A stretch of DNA of 58,945 nt, taken from an uncultured Prolixibacteraceae bacterium. Its GTDB lineage: Bacteria; Bacteroidota; Bacteroidia; Bacteroidales; FEN-979. Both the position numbers and the translations under genes were made by a program. Each line of letters begins with the position of its first letter. Position 1 is the first letter of the stretch. Location of the stretch: assembly GCA_964449285.1 (NCBI GenBank), contig CAYUZX010000013.1, forward strand, positions 1 to 58,945. Reading direction: 5' to 3'. Positions 49,369 through 58,945 of the stretch are shown here, piece by piece. Below the pieces are notes generated by a model. It was not told the origin of the DNA and did no database searches. It saw only the letters and a program-made list of their open reading frames with translations.

Positions 49369-50559
49369 TCAGTTCAATACCTGGGTCACCAGGGTTGCAG
49401 CCTCCTGAAGGGTGATGGCAGAATGAACACGCAGCCCCGACTCATCTATCAGTTTCTTTCCTTCTTCGGCATTCGTGCCCTGAAGTCTTACGATGATTGG
49501 AACGGGGATATCTCCGATGTTGTGATAGGCGTCAACTACCCCCTGAGCTACCCGGTCGCAACGAACAATACCGCCGAAAATATTGAGCAGAATCGCTTTT
49601 ACGTTGGGATCTTTCAGGATGATACGGAACCCCTCTTCCACACGCTTGGCATTTGCACTCCCTCCAACGTCAAGGAAGTTTGCCGGCTCGCCTCCAGAGA
49701 TTTTGATGATATCCATGGTCGCCATGGCCAGTCCAGCTCCATTAACCATGCAACCCACGTTTCCGTCCAGTTTAACATAGTTGAGGTCGAACGCCGTGGC
49801 TTCCACCTCAATGGGATCTTCTTCATCGAAATCACGCATGGAGACGATGTCGGGATGACGGAACAACGCATTGTTGTCGATAGTCAGTTTAGCATCGGCG
49901 GCCAGAATTTTATTGTCTGAAGTTTTGAAAACCGGGTTGATTTCAACGAGTGAAGCATCGGAGTTGACATACGTATTGTAGACTGCCTTAACAAATTTGA
50001 TCATGTTTTTATATGCCTCTCCGGATAGTCCCAGGTTGAAGGCCACCTTCCTGGACTGAAACTGCTGCAAACCGATGATCGGATCGATCTCTTCTGTAAA
50101 GATCAATGCGGGTGTCTCTTCAGCAACCTTTTCAATATCCATTCCGCCCCTTGGGGAGTACATCAGAATGATGTGGCCTTTCTGCCGGTTAAGAAGCACA
50201 CTGAAGTAAATCTCGGCGGGTTCAGTCGGACCCGGATAAAAGATATTTTGTTCAACGTATATCTTTCTGACTTTCTTGCCTTTAGCACTGGTTTGAGGAG
50301 TAACCAGGTTCATTCCAATAATCTGGTCGGCATAGAATCGTACCTCATCCAGTGTTTTAGCGACTTTTACACCGCCGCCTTTTCCACGCCCTCCGGCATG
50401 TACCTGAGCCTTGATCACCCATTTGTCGGATCCAGTGGAGTTCTGGATGACCTCCGCTGCTTTAACTGCTTCAGATGAAGTGTTAGCAAGAATTCCTTCC
50501 GGAACCGGTACTCCGTTTTTGCGGAGAAGCATCTTGCTCTGGTATTCGTGTAGATTCAT
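49369..50559 (-). CDS. sucC: Succinyl-CoA ligase (ADP-forming) beta subunit
   Basis: [50 protein letters not shown]. Confidence 0.97.
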   Translation of the reverse strand: MNLHEYQSKMLLRKNGVPVPEGILANTSSEAVKAAEVIQNSTGSDKWVIKAQVHAGGRGKGGGVKVAKTLDEVRFYADQIIGMNLVTPQTSAKGKKVRKIYVEQNIFYPGPTEPAEIYFSVLLNRQKGHIILMYSPRGGMDIEKVAEETPALIFTEEIDPIIGLQQFQSRKVAFNLGLSGEAYKNMIKFVKAVYNTYVNSDASLVEINPVFKTSDNKILAADAKLTIDNNALFRHPDIVSMRDFDEEDPIEVEATAFDLNYVKLDGNVGCMVNGAGLAMATMDIIKISGGEPANFLDVGGSANAKRVEEGFRIILKDPNVKAILLNIFGGIVRCDRVAQGVVDAYHNIGDIPVPIIVRLQGTNAEEGKKLIDESGLRVHSAITLQEAATLVTQVLN

Positions 50560-50651
50560 ATGTATATCTGTCTTTTGCGAGACTTCAAAAGTACTAACTA
50601 GCAACCGAATTTCAAAATAACATTAGTAACTTTGCCGTTTATCGGAGGAAA

Positions 50652-51305
50652 ATGATCATTGCAAGGGATATACATAAATCTTTTGGTTCGCTGGAAGTGT
50701 TGAAGGGGATCAGCCTCGAAGTTAAAAAGGGAGAGATCATCTCCATTGTTGGTGCATCCGGTGCAGGGAAGTCCACCCTGCTTCATATTCTCGGAACGCT
50801 TGATAAAGCTGATTCTGGAGAGGTTCAGGTCGGTGACTTCCCATTGCAGAAGATGAATGAGAAGAGGCGATCCGATTTTCGGAACCGTCAGATTGGATTT
50901 GTATTCCAGTTTCATCATCTACTACCGGAATTTACCGCTTTGGAAAATATTTGCATCCCGGCGTTCATTGCAAATCACTCAAAGCAGGATGCAAAAAACA
51001 GGGCCCGGAAACTTCTCGCATTCATGAAGCTTGAAGAGCGTGCCGATCATAAACCATCGGAACTGTCGGGAGGTGAACAGCAACGGGTTGCAGTTGCCCG
51101 GGCATTGATCAACAACCCAGGCGTAATCCTTGCAGATGAACCATCCGGGAATTTAGATTCGGCTTCCGCCGTTGATCTTCATAAACTTTTCTTTGAACTG
51201 AGGGACCATTTTGATCAAACCTATGTGATTGTTACACACAATCAGGAATTGGCAGATATGGCCGACCGAAAACTTACAATCAGGGATGGGGTTATCGTTT
51301 ATTGA
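50652..51305 (+). CDS. lolD: ABC transporter ATP-binding protein, LolD-like
   Basis: [41 protein letters not shown]. Confidence 0.8.
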   Translation: MIIARDIHKSFGSLEVLKGISLEVKKGEIISIVGASGAGKSTLLHILGTLDKADSGEVQVGDFPLQKMNEKRRSDFRNRQIGFVFQFHHLLPEFTALENICIPAFIANHSKQDAKNRARKLLAFMKLEERADHKPSELSGGEQQRVAVARALINNPGVILADEPSGNLDSASAVDLHKLFFELRDHFDQTYVIVTHNQELADMADRKLTIRDGVIVY

Positions 51306-51346
51306 TCTTCCGTAAAATTAATTTCCAGAATCAGCGTTTAAAAGTT

Positions 51347-54300
51347 ATGAATAGAAGTTTACGGAAGAGATCCAGCTACCTTGTTTTACTCATCCTTTTT
51401 GTCGCTTCTCTGGCTGTTGCATACGAATTGTTCCTCCCCGTCTTCCCGGTGCATTTGCAACATACTTCTCCCCCGGATACAACCTACTCCTCACAAACAC
51501 CATCCTTTGACTCTACTTACCAGAAGATGCTGGCTTCAATCACCGAGTTGTTTAATCAGCAACGCTATGAAGAGTGCATGGTTGTGCTGAAGAAAGCAAA
51601 AGCTCTGAAGCCGGATGTCCCTTCTATTCAGGAACGAATCATTCGCGTGGAAGGGTTGATCGCCCAGCAGAAAAAAACACAGGAAGAGTACAGTCGGCTG
51701 ATCTCCATGGCGGATGCGTATTTCGTGAAAAAGGATTACCTCAATGCCAAGGCCTCCTACCAGATGGCTATCGATACCAAACCCGATGATGTCTTTGCAC
51801 GGGAGAAGATGAATCAAACCATGGAACTCCTTCGCTCCAATAAGGCGCAAAATATCCTCTATGATGTTAACATAGCCAGCGCTGATAAATTGTTCGCTTC
51901 AGAGGATTACGATAAAGCGAAGAGTCAATATGAGAATGCCAGCAAGATTCTCCCGGGCGAGGCTTATCCCAAAGAGAAGATCAACGCCATCATCAAGATT
52001 CTGGTGGATCAGCAGGTGAGAGAAGAACTTTACCAGCAGGCAATTACTAATGCCGACAATTTCTACACTTCGAAGAGCTATCAGCGGGCATTACTTGAGT
52101 ACCAAAAAGCACTTCAGCAGAAAGCTGCAGAACCCTATCCCCAGGAGCGGATCAATGAGCTAACGAAGATTTTGGCCGATTTGGCTGCAATGGAGGAAGC
52201 GTATAAAGATGCAATTACTCGTGCCGATCAGCTTTTTGCAGAAACCCGCTATCCTGATGCACGGAGTGGATACGAGGAGGCGCTGGTACTGAAACCGAAG
52301 GAGGTTTATCCTGCGCAGAGGATCAGTGAGATAGACGGGATCCTTGCCCGGATTGCTAAAAATAATGCCGATTTCGAAAAATTCGTCAACCTGGCCGACA
52401 GCTTTTATATAGATAAGAATTTCATCCGGGCACGCCAGAACTATCAGCTGGCATTGCAGATCAAACCCAACGAATCCTATCCTAAAGCAATGCTTTCTAA
52501 AACCACCGCAGGAGTTGGCGAACAAAAGGCCAATGAGATGGCGATGGAGGAGGCATACAATTTGGCCATCGCAAATGCCGACAGGTTGTTTGCCGAACAA
52601 GCATTCCCGGAGGCCAAAGCGGAATATGAGAATGCTCTGGCTGTCAAGCCGGACGAAGCTTATCCACAGCAGAAGATTTCGGAGATCGGGACTCTTTTGG
52701 CAGCGGCACTCGCCCGACAGCAGGAACTGGATGCCCAATACACCCTTATGGTGGAGAATGCCGCCCGGGAGGAGAAGCTTGAATCCGATTACAATACTGC
52801 CATTATCAAAGGAGACAGTTTGCTTGAGTTGAACGCTTATCTGCCTGCCAAAGGAGCCTACCAGGCTGCCCTCTCACTGAAACCTGCCGAATTGTATCCG
52901 GCATCGAAAATCACCGATATTGATGCTATACTTGAAGAATATGCCAGGATGCAAACGCTGAATCAACAATACGAGGAAGCCATAACCAAAGCGGATCAGT
53001 TTTTTACGAACCATACCTGGGAGCAGGCAAAAACCACTTATCAGCAGGCACAGAAATTAAAACCGGAAGAGCTTTACCCCGCTCAACAACTCGTCATTAT
53101 CGGGGAAAAACTAAATGAGATTGCATGGCTTCGGGCTCAGGATCAGGCTTACCAGGAGAAGATCGTTGCTGCAGAGAAATTTTTTACAGCAAATGCATAT
53201 GACTCGGCCAGGGTTACATTCACTGTGGCACAAACACTAAAACCGACAGAATCGTTGCCCGGAGTTCGAATTTCACAAATTGACAGCATCCTCTTGGCCA
53301 TCGTAAACCAAAAGGCACTGGATGAAGAGTATGCCGCGTTAATTGCTTCGTCAGACAAATTGATCGCGAAAAAGGAGTATTATACTGCAAAAGAGGGATA
53401 CAATCAGGCGTTGTTATTGAAACCCACGGAAAGCTATCCTGCGGCAAAGGTGGCTGAAATTGAGGGCATTTTAGCTGAGAATGAGCGAATAGTTGCCTTT
53501 GAGGCTAAGTATTCACAGGCCATTATAAACGGCGACAGCTTGCTGTCGGCCGATTTGTTCACAGATGCCAGGAGTGAATTTGAAATGGCTTCCGGTCTGA
53601 AGCCGGGAGAGCTATACCCAAAAACAAAACTGGCTGAGATTGATGCAGCATTACAGGATGTTGCGAGGCAACAGTTATTGGATAAGCGCTATCAGGAAGA
53701 GGTTGGGACAGGTGACAGGTTGTTTGCAGATAAGTCGTGGGATCCGGCTATTGCTGCATACCAGAGTGCACAAGTGTTGAAACCTTCGGAAAAATATCCC
53801 GGCCAGAAGCTTCGGCAAATCGATTCGATCAAACAGGAGATAGCACGTCAGCTTCAGATTGACAAAGATTATAATTCCATGATTACTCATGCTGATCAAC
53901 TCTTTAGCACGCGATCCTTTGATTCAGCGCGAGTGGAGTATACTCAAGCAGGGAATCTTCGGCCTCAAAAAAGTTACTGGCAAGAGCAAATCGCGGAGAT
54001 CGATCGCATACAAGTCGAAATTAAGCGAGTGAATGATGAGTACCAGGCAGCTATCACCAGCGCCGACCTTTTTCTTGCGGAAAAACGGTTTGAAGATGCC
54101 CGGGATGCATTTCAGAATGCTTCATTGATAAAAACAACAGAGAGCTACCCCAGGGAGAAGATCAAAGAGATAAACAATATCCTGGCTGAGATTCAAGGAC
54201 GTAGACAGACGTTCGATAAACTTGTAATCAATGGCGATCAGCTATTTTCTGTAAAAGAGTATTTCAAAGCAAGAGAAAATTTCCAGCAAGCGCTTGACTT

Positions 54301-54889
54301 ATTTCCCGACGAGGAGCATCCAAAGGAGCAGTTACGCCTGTCCAATGTTAAGATCGACAGCATTTACCGTGCTAATAAAGCTGATTACGACAAAGCAGTG
54401 GGAGAGGGGAATGGATTTTTCAATACCTATGAATACGATAAGGCTATTGATGCCTTTACCCGAGCTGTCGCGTTTTTGCCTAATGAGGATTACCCCCGCC
54501 AGATGATTGCCAAGATCCGAAAAACAATTTCTGAAAACGCAATCGCAGATGTCCTGAATACGACAATTCTCATTAAAGCAGGGGAGGAGCAAAAGTTCCC
54601 GTTTGTTCCGGTGAACATTGCTTCAAGGCGTAACAATTTCATCTACCTGAAAGTGAAAAATTTATCTGACAACAGTTTCAATATCCTGATGCGTTATGGG
54701 AATGGGGATCAGACTAGCGGGGGACTGGCCATTCGCAATATCACTCCAGATGGAGAGGTAAACGAACGTCTAATCAGCGTGAAAGACCAGGATCCATGGT
54801 ATCGGGAAGATAACAATTGGATCAGTTTATATCCACAGGGAGGAGATGTTGAGGTGTCATTTATCCAGGTCTCCAGGGCAATCAAATAA
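51347..54889 (+). CDS. Large membrane-anchored helical-repeat (TPR-like) protein with a C-terminal beta-rich domain
   Basis: N-terminal hydrophobic anchor; ~17 repeats of 57-61 aa, YxxAIxxADxxF...YxxAxxLKPxExYP. Confidence 0.8.
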   Translation: MNRSLRKRSSYLVLLILFVASLAVAYELFLPVFPVHLQHTSPPDTTYSSQTPSFDSTYQKMLASITELFNQQRYEECMVVLKKAKALKPDVPSIQERIIRVEGLIAQQKKTQEEYSRLISMADAYFVKKDYLNAKASYQMAIDTKPDDVFAREKMNQTMELLRSNKAQNILYDVNIASADKLFASEDYDKAKSQYENASKILPGEAYPKEKINAIIKILVDQQVREELYQQAITNADNFYTSKSYQRALLEYQKALQQKAAEPYPQERINELTKILADLAAMEEAYKDAITRADQLFAETRYPDARSGYEEALVLKPKEVYPAQRISEIDGILARIAKNNADFEKFVNLADSFYIDKNFIRARQNYQLALQIKPNESYPKAMLSKTTAGVGEQKANEMAMEEAYNLAIANADRLFAEQAFPEAKAEYENALAVKPDEAYPQQKISEIGTLLAAALARQQELDAQYTLMVENAAREEKLESDYNTAIIKGDSLLELNAYLPAKGAYQAALSLKPAELYPASKITDIDAILEEYARMQTLNQQYEEAITKADQFFTNHTWEQAKTTYQQAQKLKPEELYPAQQLVIIGEKLNEIAWLRAQDQAYQEKIVAAEKFFTANAYDSARVTFTVAQTLKPTESLPGVRISQIDSILLAIVNQKALDEEYAALIASSDKLIAKKEYYTAKEGYNQALLLKPTESYPAAKVAEIEGILAENERIVAFEAKYSQAIINGDSLLSADLFTDARSEFEMASGLKPGELYPKTKLAEIDAALQDVARQQLLDKRYQEEVGTGDRLFADKSWDPAIAAYQSAQVLKPSEKYPGQKLRQIDSIKQEIARQLQIDKDYNSMITHADQLFSTRSFDSARVEYTQAGNLRPQKSYWQEQIAEIDRIQVEIKRVNDEYQAAITSADLFLAEKRFEDARDAFQNASLIKTTESYPREKIKEINNILAEIQGRRQTFDKLVINGDQLFSVKEYFKARENFQQALDLFPDEEHPKEQLRLSNVKIDSIYRANKADYDKAVGEGNGFFNTYEYDKAIDAFTRAVAFLPNEDYPRQMIAKIRKTISENAIADVLNTTILIKAGEEQKFPFVPVNIASRRNNFIYLKVKNLSDNSFNILMRYGNGDQTSGGLAIRNITPDGEVNERLISVKDQDPWYREDNNWISLYPQGGDVEVSFIQVSRAIK

Positions 54890-56966
54890 CGTCACATTGC
54901 ATAGCCTGAGCCATTACATTCACAATAATTGATTTTGTAAATGGTTTGGCGATATAGTGTGAGCATCCAGCACTCATAATCTTGTCACGGTCTTCCGCCA
55001 TTGTATATCCTGTAATTGCAATGATCGGCGTGTTTTGATAAGATTTCTGACTACGTAATTCACGAACGATCTGCAATCCATTCATCCCTATTCCCAGGTT
55101 TATATCCAGTAATACTGCTTTGTATTGTTTGTTTTCAGCCATTTTCAATGCGGTGGTACGATCAGAGGCCCTGTCTATCCGGTATTTCGATTTCAAGAAG
55201 AGTTTCACAATTTCAGCATTGTCTTCATTGTCCTCAACAACTAGCACAACGGGAAGTTCCTGAAGCGAAGGTGTTTCCTGAACCGGGAGTACTTGTGATT
55301 CTTGGGATTGGGACATTGCCTTGTCAGTGGGTTTGCTGCCGGCTGATAAAACAGACAACCAGACTGTAAAGGTAGAGCCAAGACCTACCTTGCTTTCGAT
55401 GGTTATCTTACCTCCCATCAATTGGATCATTTTATTAGAAAGGGTCAGTCCCAGGCCAGTTCCTTCATAACGACGGTCATATCCTTCGCTGGCCTGACGG
55501 AATTCCTGAAAGATTTGTTCAAAGGATTCAGAATCGATTCCTATTCCAGTATCTTTAAATCGGATCAATGCCCAATTCTCCCCATCACTTTTCTTAAGTG
55601 TGGTTTCAACGGTTATACCTCCTGCAATGGTAAATTTGAAAGCATTGTCGATCAGGTTCTGAAACACCAGTTTGAGCAGATTCTCGTCGCCCCAAGCTTT
55701 GTGCCGAGTATCAATCTCAGTCATCAGGTATAATCCTTTTTCGCTTGCCTGGGGTTGAAATGGCGATAAAACTGACGACAACACCTCATGCAAATCCACC
55801 TCCTTGAATAGAATCTTTGACCGGGTGGTCTCCATGTCAGCTAGCTCAAGGATTGCTTGCAGTGTGTTCATCAGTCGTTTCCCCGAACCAAGAATCTTTT
55901 TGCTGTAGAACAATGTCTCAGGATCCTTAGAATCGTTCAGTAGTAGCTCGGAAAATCCCAGGATCGAGTTCATAGGGGTCCGAAGTTCATGACTCATATT
56001 AGCCAGTAACGAAGTTTTAAGACGATCCGACTCTTCGGCACGCTTTCTAGCTTCCTCCAGATCTTTCAAAATTCTCTTTTGTTCCGTCACGTCTATCATC
56101 ATTCCAGCAATTTCTCCCTCTTCCAGGTAGGCATTGATCATACAGTTTCTCAGATTACCCTTATTGGAGACGAGTGTTAGCTCAAAGTCCCGTAATTTGG
56201 TCTTTTGTCGAATTTGATCAATCATCCTTTTACGGTCCTGCCTTGAATGGTATAACTGTACCGTGTTTATCTGAAGCAGATCATTTACGGAATCAAATTC
56301 CAGGATGGTAGCAATGGCAGGATTTCCAAAAAGGAATGTTCCATCGGGTTTTGATCTGAAAATTCCGATCAGGGCATTGTCTAGAATATTCTGGTAACGT
56401 TTTTCTGATAAAGAAAGTTCAATCTCAGCTCTGCTCCTTTCCAATGCTTCAAATTTCGCTGAAACGAGATCTGCCAGGGAGGCGGCGAACTCTTTCTCCT
56501 CGAGCGACCAGGTATGGATTTTATCAAGATACTCAAAGCAGAGCACCCCTGAGAGCTTACCTTCTATCCAAATAGGAACATCCAGGAGCGATTTAATGTT
56601 GAGGGGATTCAAGTAGCCAATTGTGAATTCGGATGTTCTGGGATCGTTCACTCCATCTGAAGCATCAATGAACCTGGAGGTCTCAAGGGCATTTATATAC
56701 GTTGGATAAAGGTTGCATTTAAGCTCGATGCGGGAAGCATGATCTGATGATGACCTGATATAAATATCCTTGCATATCAACCTGGAACTATCCTTTGACA
56801 ATGACCATATACTTGCTCTATCGGCGTTTAAAACCGGCGAAGCTATTTCCGTGATTGATTCCCATGTTCGATTGAAATTGGGATCATATAGCCTGGAGAT
56901 TTCAAGCAATGTTTTTTGCCTTTCAATTGCTTCAAAAGCTTCAGCCGACATCCGGGTTTTATTCAT
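54882..56966 (-). CDS. Hybrid sensor histidine kinase (GAF-PAS-HisKA-HATPase-receiver)
   Basis: SLLDVPI (GAF), ANMSHELRTPMN, NLIDNAFKFT, DTGIG, GTGLGL, VEDNEDN, LLDINL, IAKP. Confidence 0.93.
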   Translation of the reverse strand: MNKTRMSAEAFEAIERQKTLLEISRLYDPNFNRTWESITEIASPVLNADRASIWSLSKDSSRLICKDIYIRSSSDHASRIELKCNLYPTYINALETSRFIDASDGVNDPRTSEFTIGYLNPLNIKSLLDVPIWIEGKLSGVLCFEYLDKIHTWSLEEKEFAASLADLVSAKFEALERSRAEIELSLSEKRYQNILDNALIGIFRSKPDGTFLFGNPAIATILEFDSVNDLLQINTVQLYHSRQDRKRMIDQIRQKTKLRDFELTLVSNKGNLRNCMINAYLEEGEIAGMMIDVTEQKRILKDLEEARKRAEESDRLKTSLLANMSHELRTPMNSILGFSELLLNDSKDPETLFYSKKILGSGKRLMNTLQAILELADMETTRSKILFKEVDLHEVLSSVLSPFQPQASEKGLYLMTEIDTRHKAWGDENLLKLVFQNLIDNAFKFTIAGGITVETTLKKSDGENWALIRFKDTGIGIDSESFEQIFQEFRQASEGYDRRYEGTGLGLTLSNKMIQLMGGKITIESKVGLGSTFTVWLSVLSAGSKPTDKAMSQSQESQVLPVQETPSLQELPVVLVVEDNEDNAEIVKLFLKSKYRIDRASDRTTALKMAENKQYKAVLLDINLGIGMNGLQIVRELRSQKSYQNTPIIAITGYTMAEDRDKIMSAGCSHYIAKPFTKSIIVNVMAQAMQCDVI

Positions 56967-57011
56967 ACATCGTTATTAAGTAAAAAAAACCGCCATGAAA
57001 ATATAAAAAAA

Positions 57012-58367
57012 TCACAACCCACCACCCTCACCATCCCCACCACCCTCATCACTCCTCAACACGATCAGCGTTACCTCTGCCCAAATCCCCACTCGTCCGG
57101 TATATCCAATCGTTCCTGCACCGCGGTTTACGTAGAGATATTGTGTGGTTCCATTCTCCCATTTTTTTTGATATAAACCGGCCCACTCAGGATAGAGATA
57201 CTGGACGAAACTCCACTGCCACTGGCTGGTTTCAATTCCCACCTGGCCACCATGAGTATGCCCGGAGAATGTGAGATCGATATCGGGATATGATTTACTT
57301 ACGATGCTGTCCCAGTGTGTTGGATCATGAGATAGCAAGAGTTTCGTCAAGATGGTTTCGGTGCCAGCTAGTGCTTTTGGCATGTCGGCAAGTCGTTGGA
57401 ACCTACCTATAACTCCCCAGTTTTCTACGCCTATTATTGCAAGGCTATCACCGTTCAAGACCAGTACGTCGTGTTCGTTTTTTAACAATTTCCATCCCAT
57501 TTCATCATAAAATCTATCGAGGTCCAGCATATTTTGCTTTTTTGCTTCTGAAGAGGTCCATGTCATGTAGGCTCCGTAGTCGTGGTTCCCCAGAATTGCA
57601 TAGACGCCATATTTTGAATCGATTTTTCTCAATATATCCTGAAATGGCCATGCTTCCATGGTTGAGTAGTTACACAGGTCTCCTGTAAAAAAGAGAAGAT
57701 CGGGATGGAGTTTGTTGATTAACTCAACGAGTTCTTCAAGTTTGGATTTTCGGTTCCAACTTCCAAGATGTAGATCTGAGATTTGCACGATCCGCAAACC
57801 ATCAAATGAACGTGGAAGTTTCTCGAGTGTGATCTCACTTTTCCTCACCTTAAAGTGATGCTCCCAAATTACCATGCCGGCCAGCATCAGAATAAAAAGA
57901 AGTGAACCTAGAAACCATCCTGCCAGAAAGAGCTTCCGGGGTTTCCGATTCCACAGTTTGAAACGAGGAGAGAGCTTTGCCAGGATCAGTAAGACTCCCT
58001 GATATAGAAGGGTGGCAAAAAGAAAGATTATGGGAAGGATTCTTGTAGCATAAGCGATGAAGACAACGCTTGTCAGGTATGTTTTTATAAAACGGGGCCA
58101 GAAATAGTAAGTGCTGAAGAAGCCATAGGTGACTCCTGCAATCACCAATCCAAAGGGCATCCAAAAGAGGATTCCAAGGAGGTATCTATAGACCGGTTTC
58201 AGCGATCGGATCTCTTGCCAGGTGATTACCCACAAGAAGGCATCCAGGAAGAGAAAGATAAGAAAATAGTTGAGGGCTCCGGTATTTTTCGGAAAGACCT
58301 GTTTTAGTATCCAAACCAGAAGGATTGAGACTGTGATAAACAGGACTCCCCGGAGTAGCCTTTTCAT
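57012..58367 (-). CDS. Membrane-anchored metallophosphoesterase (YkuE/LpxG-like)
   Basis: SDLHLG, TGD, LGNHDY, SHDP, SGHTHGGQ; N-terminal TM helices. Confidence 0.9.
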   Translation of the reverse strand: MKRLLRGVLFITVSILLVWILKQVFPKNTGALNYFLIFLFLDAFLWVITWQEIRSLKPVYRYLLGILFWMPFGLVIAGVTYGFFSTYYFWPRFIKTYLTSVVFIAYATRILPIIFLFATLLYQGVLLILAKLSPRFKLWNRKPRKLFLAGWFLGSLLFILMLAGMVIWEHHFKVRKSEITLEKLPRSFDGLRIVQISDLHLGSWNRKSKLEELVELINKLHPDLLFFTGDLCNYSTMEAWPFQDILRKIDSKYGVYAILGNHDYGAYMTWTSSEAKKQNMLDLDRFYDEMGWKLLKNEHDVLVLNGDSLAIIGVENWGVIGRFQRLADMPKALAGTETILTKLLLSHDPTHWDSIVSKSYPDIDLTFSGHTHGGQVGIETSQWQWSFVQYLYPEWAGLYQKKWENGTTQYLYVNRGAGTIGYTGRVGIWAEVTLIVLRSDEGGGDGEGGGL

Positions 58368-58945
58368 CGGGTTTTCACATAATTGATGAGTCCTTTTGCC
58401 TGAAAGATCTCCATCAGCTTGGAGGGCAATGGCGCAAATCTGAACTCTTTCCCAGCAATCCTGACGATACCCTGTTCAAAATCGATATTCACCGGGTCAC
58501 CCTGTTTAAAGGCATCAACAGCTTCAGGAAGGAGAATGATTGGCAACCCCTGGTTGACAGAGGAACGGTAGAATATCCGGTTTACTGATTTGCAGATCAC
58601 GGCCTTGACACCTGCGCGGGAAAGTCCGACAGCAGGATGTTCCCGGGAACTGCCGCACCCGAAGTTTGCTCCGGCCATGATGATATCTCCTGGTTTAACG
58701 CGCTCGGTAAAGCTGTCATCGAATCCTTTGAACAGATAAGGCAGGATTTTATCCGGTTCTGAACTTTGGACGTTGTAAGTCAGGTTTCCGGCAAACATCT
58801 GGTCAGTATTGAGATTATCCACATCGGCATAGTTCCAGGTGTGCGAGTTGTATCTGTCATCTCCTTCACGGATGTCGACAGTGGCACTTTGAGGGATGTG
58901 AAACGGGTAAACATCATTATGCGGTTTCACCCGCGGATCGGTGAT
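58364..58945 (-). CDS. Aconitase-family swivel domain (LeuD/HacB-like), 5'-partial; apparently the C-terminus of a fused large+small subunit protein
   Basis: DNLNTDQ, GANFGCGSSREH, RIFYRSSVNQGLP; frame stays open to the window edge, reading ITDPR-VKPH. Confidence 0.85.
   Translation of the reverse strand: MTDPRVKPHNDVYPFHIPQSATVDIREGDDRYNSHTWNYADVDNLNTDQMFAGNLTYNVQSSEPDKILPYLFKGFDDSFTERVKPGDIIMAGANFGCGSSREHPAVGLSRAGVKAVICKSVNRIFYRSSVNQGLPIILLPEAVDAFKQGDPVNIDFEQGIVRIAGKEFRFAPLPSKLMEIFQAKGLINYVKTR

Noticed and set aside
49369-50559. sucC without an adjacent sucD as a sign of gene loss
   Set aside because: The two genes are often unlinked in Bacteroidota, and absence cannot be judged from one window.

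Overview
A 58.9-kb chromosomal segment from a Bacteroidota bacterium, probably Bacteroidales. The assignment rests on TAnnTTTG promoter elements, the rpsU-xerC-hpf-tRNA-tuf-secE-nusG-rplKAJL-rpoBC-DUF3467 gene order and a zapA-6S-rny arrangement. It is mostly core genome: an acyl-CoA degradation cluster, the tuf/rpoBC locus, seven tRNAs, a probable 6S RNA, kdsC/maf/surE/lpxB, comEC, a ComEA-like gene, sucC and two sensor kinases. No prophage, IS transposase, CRISPR array or reverse transcriptase is visible. Four things stand out. (1) About ten short 7-9 bp degenerate tandem arrays lie on stop codons, in spacers or in frame inside genes, and the same kind of array, in inverted orientation, brackets a lone four-helix-bundle (Avd/23S-IVS-like) gene. 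This is the best candidate for an undescribed repeat-plus-protein system. (2) A LamG/SH3b membrane protein is followed by a double CbbX/SpoVK-type AAA+ ATPase whose five N-terminal repeats resemble the C-terminal domain of plant MUT9-like kinases. (3) A separate family of ~28-bp GTAG-type REP palindromes occupies the translation-gene spacers. (4) There is a membrane-anchored protein of ~17 helical repeats, and an apparent LeuC-LeuD fusion at the right edge. All family assignments are by eye from motifs; no database searches or folding programs were run.
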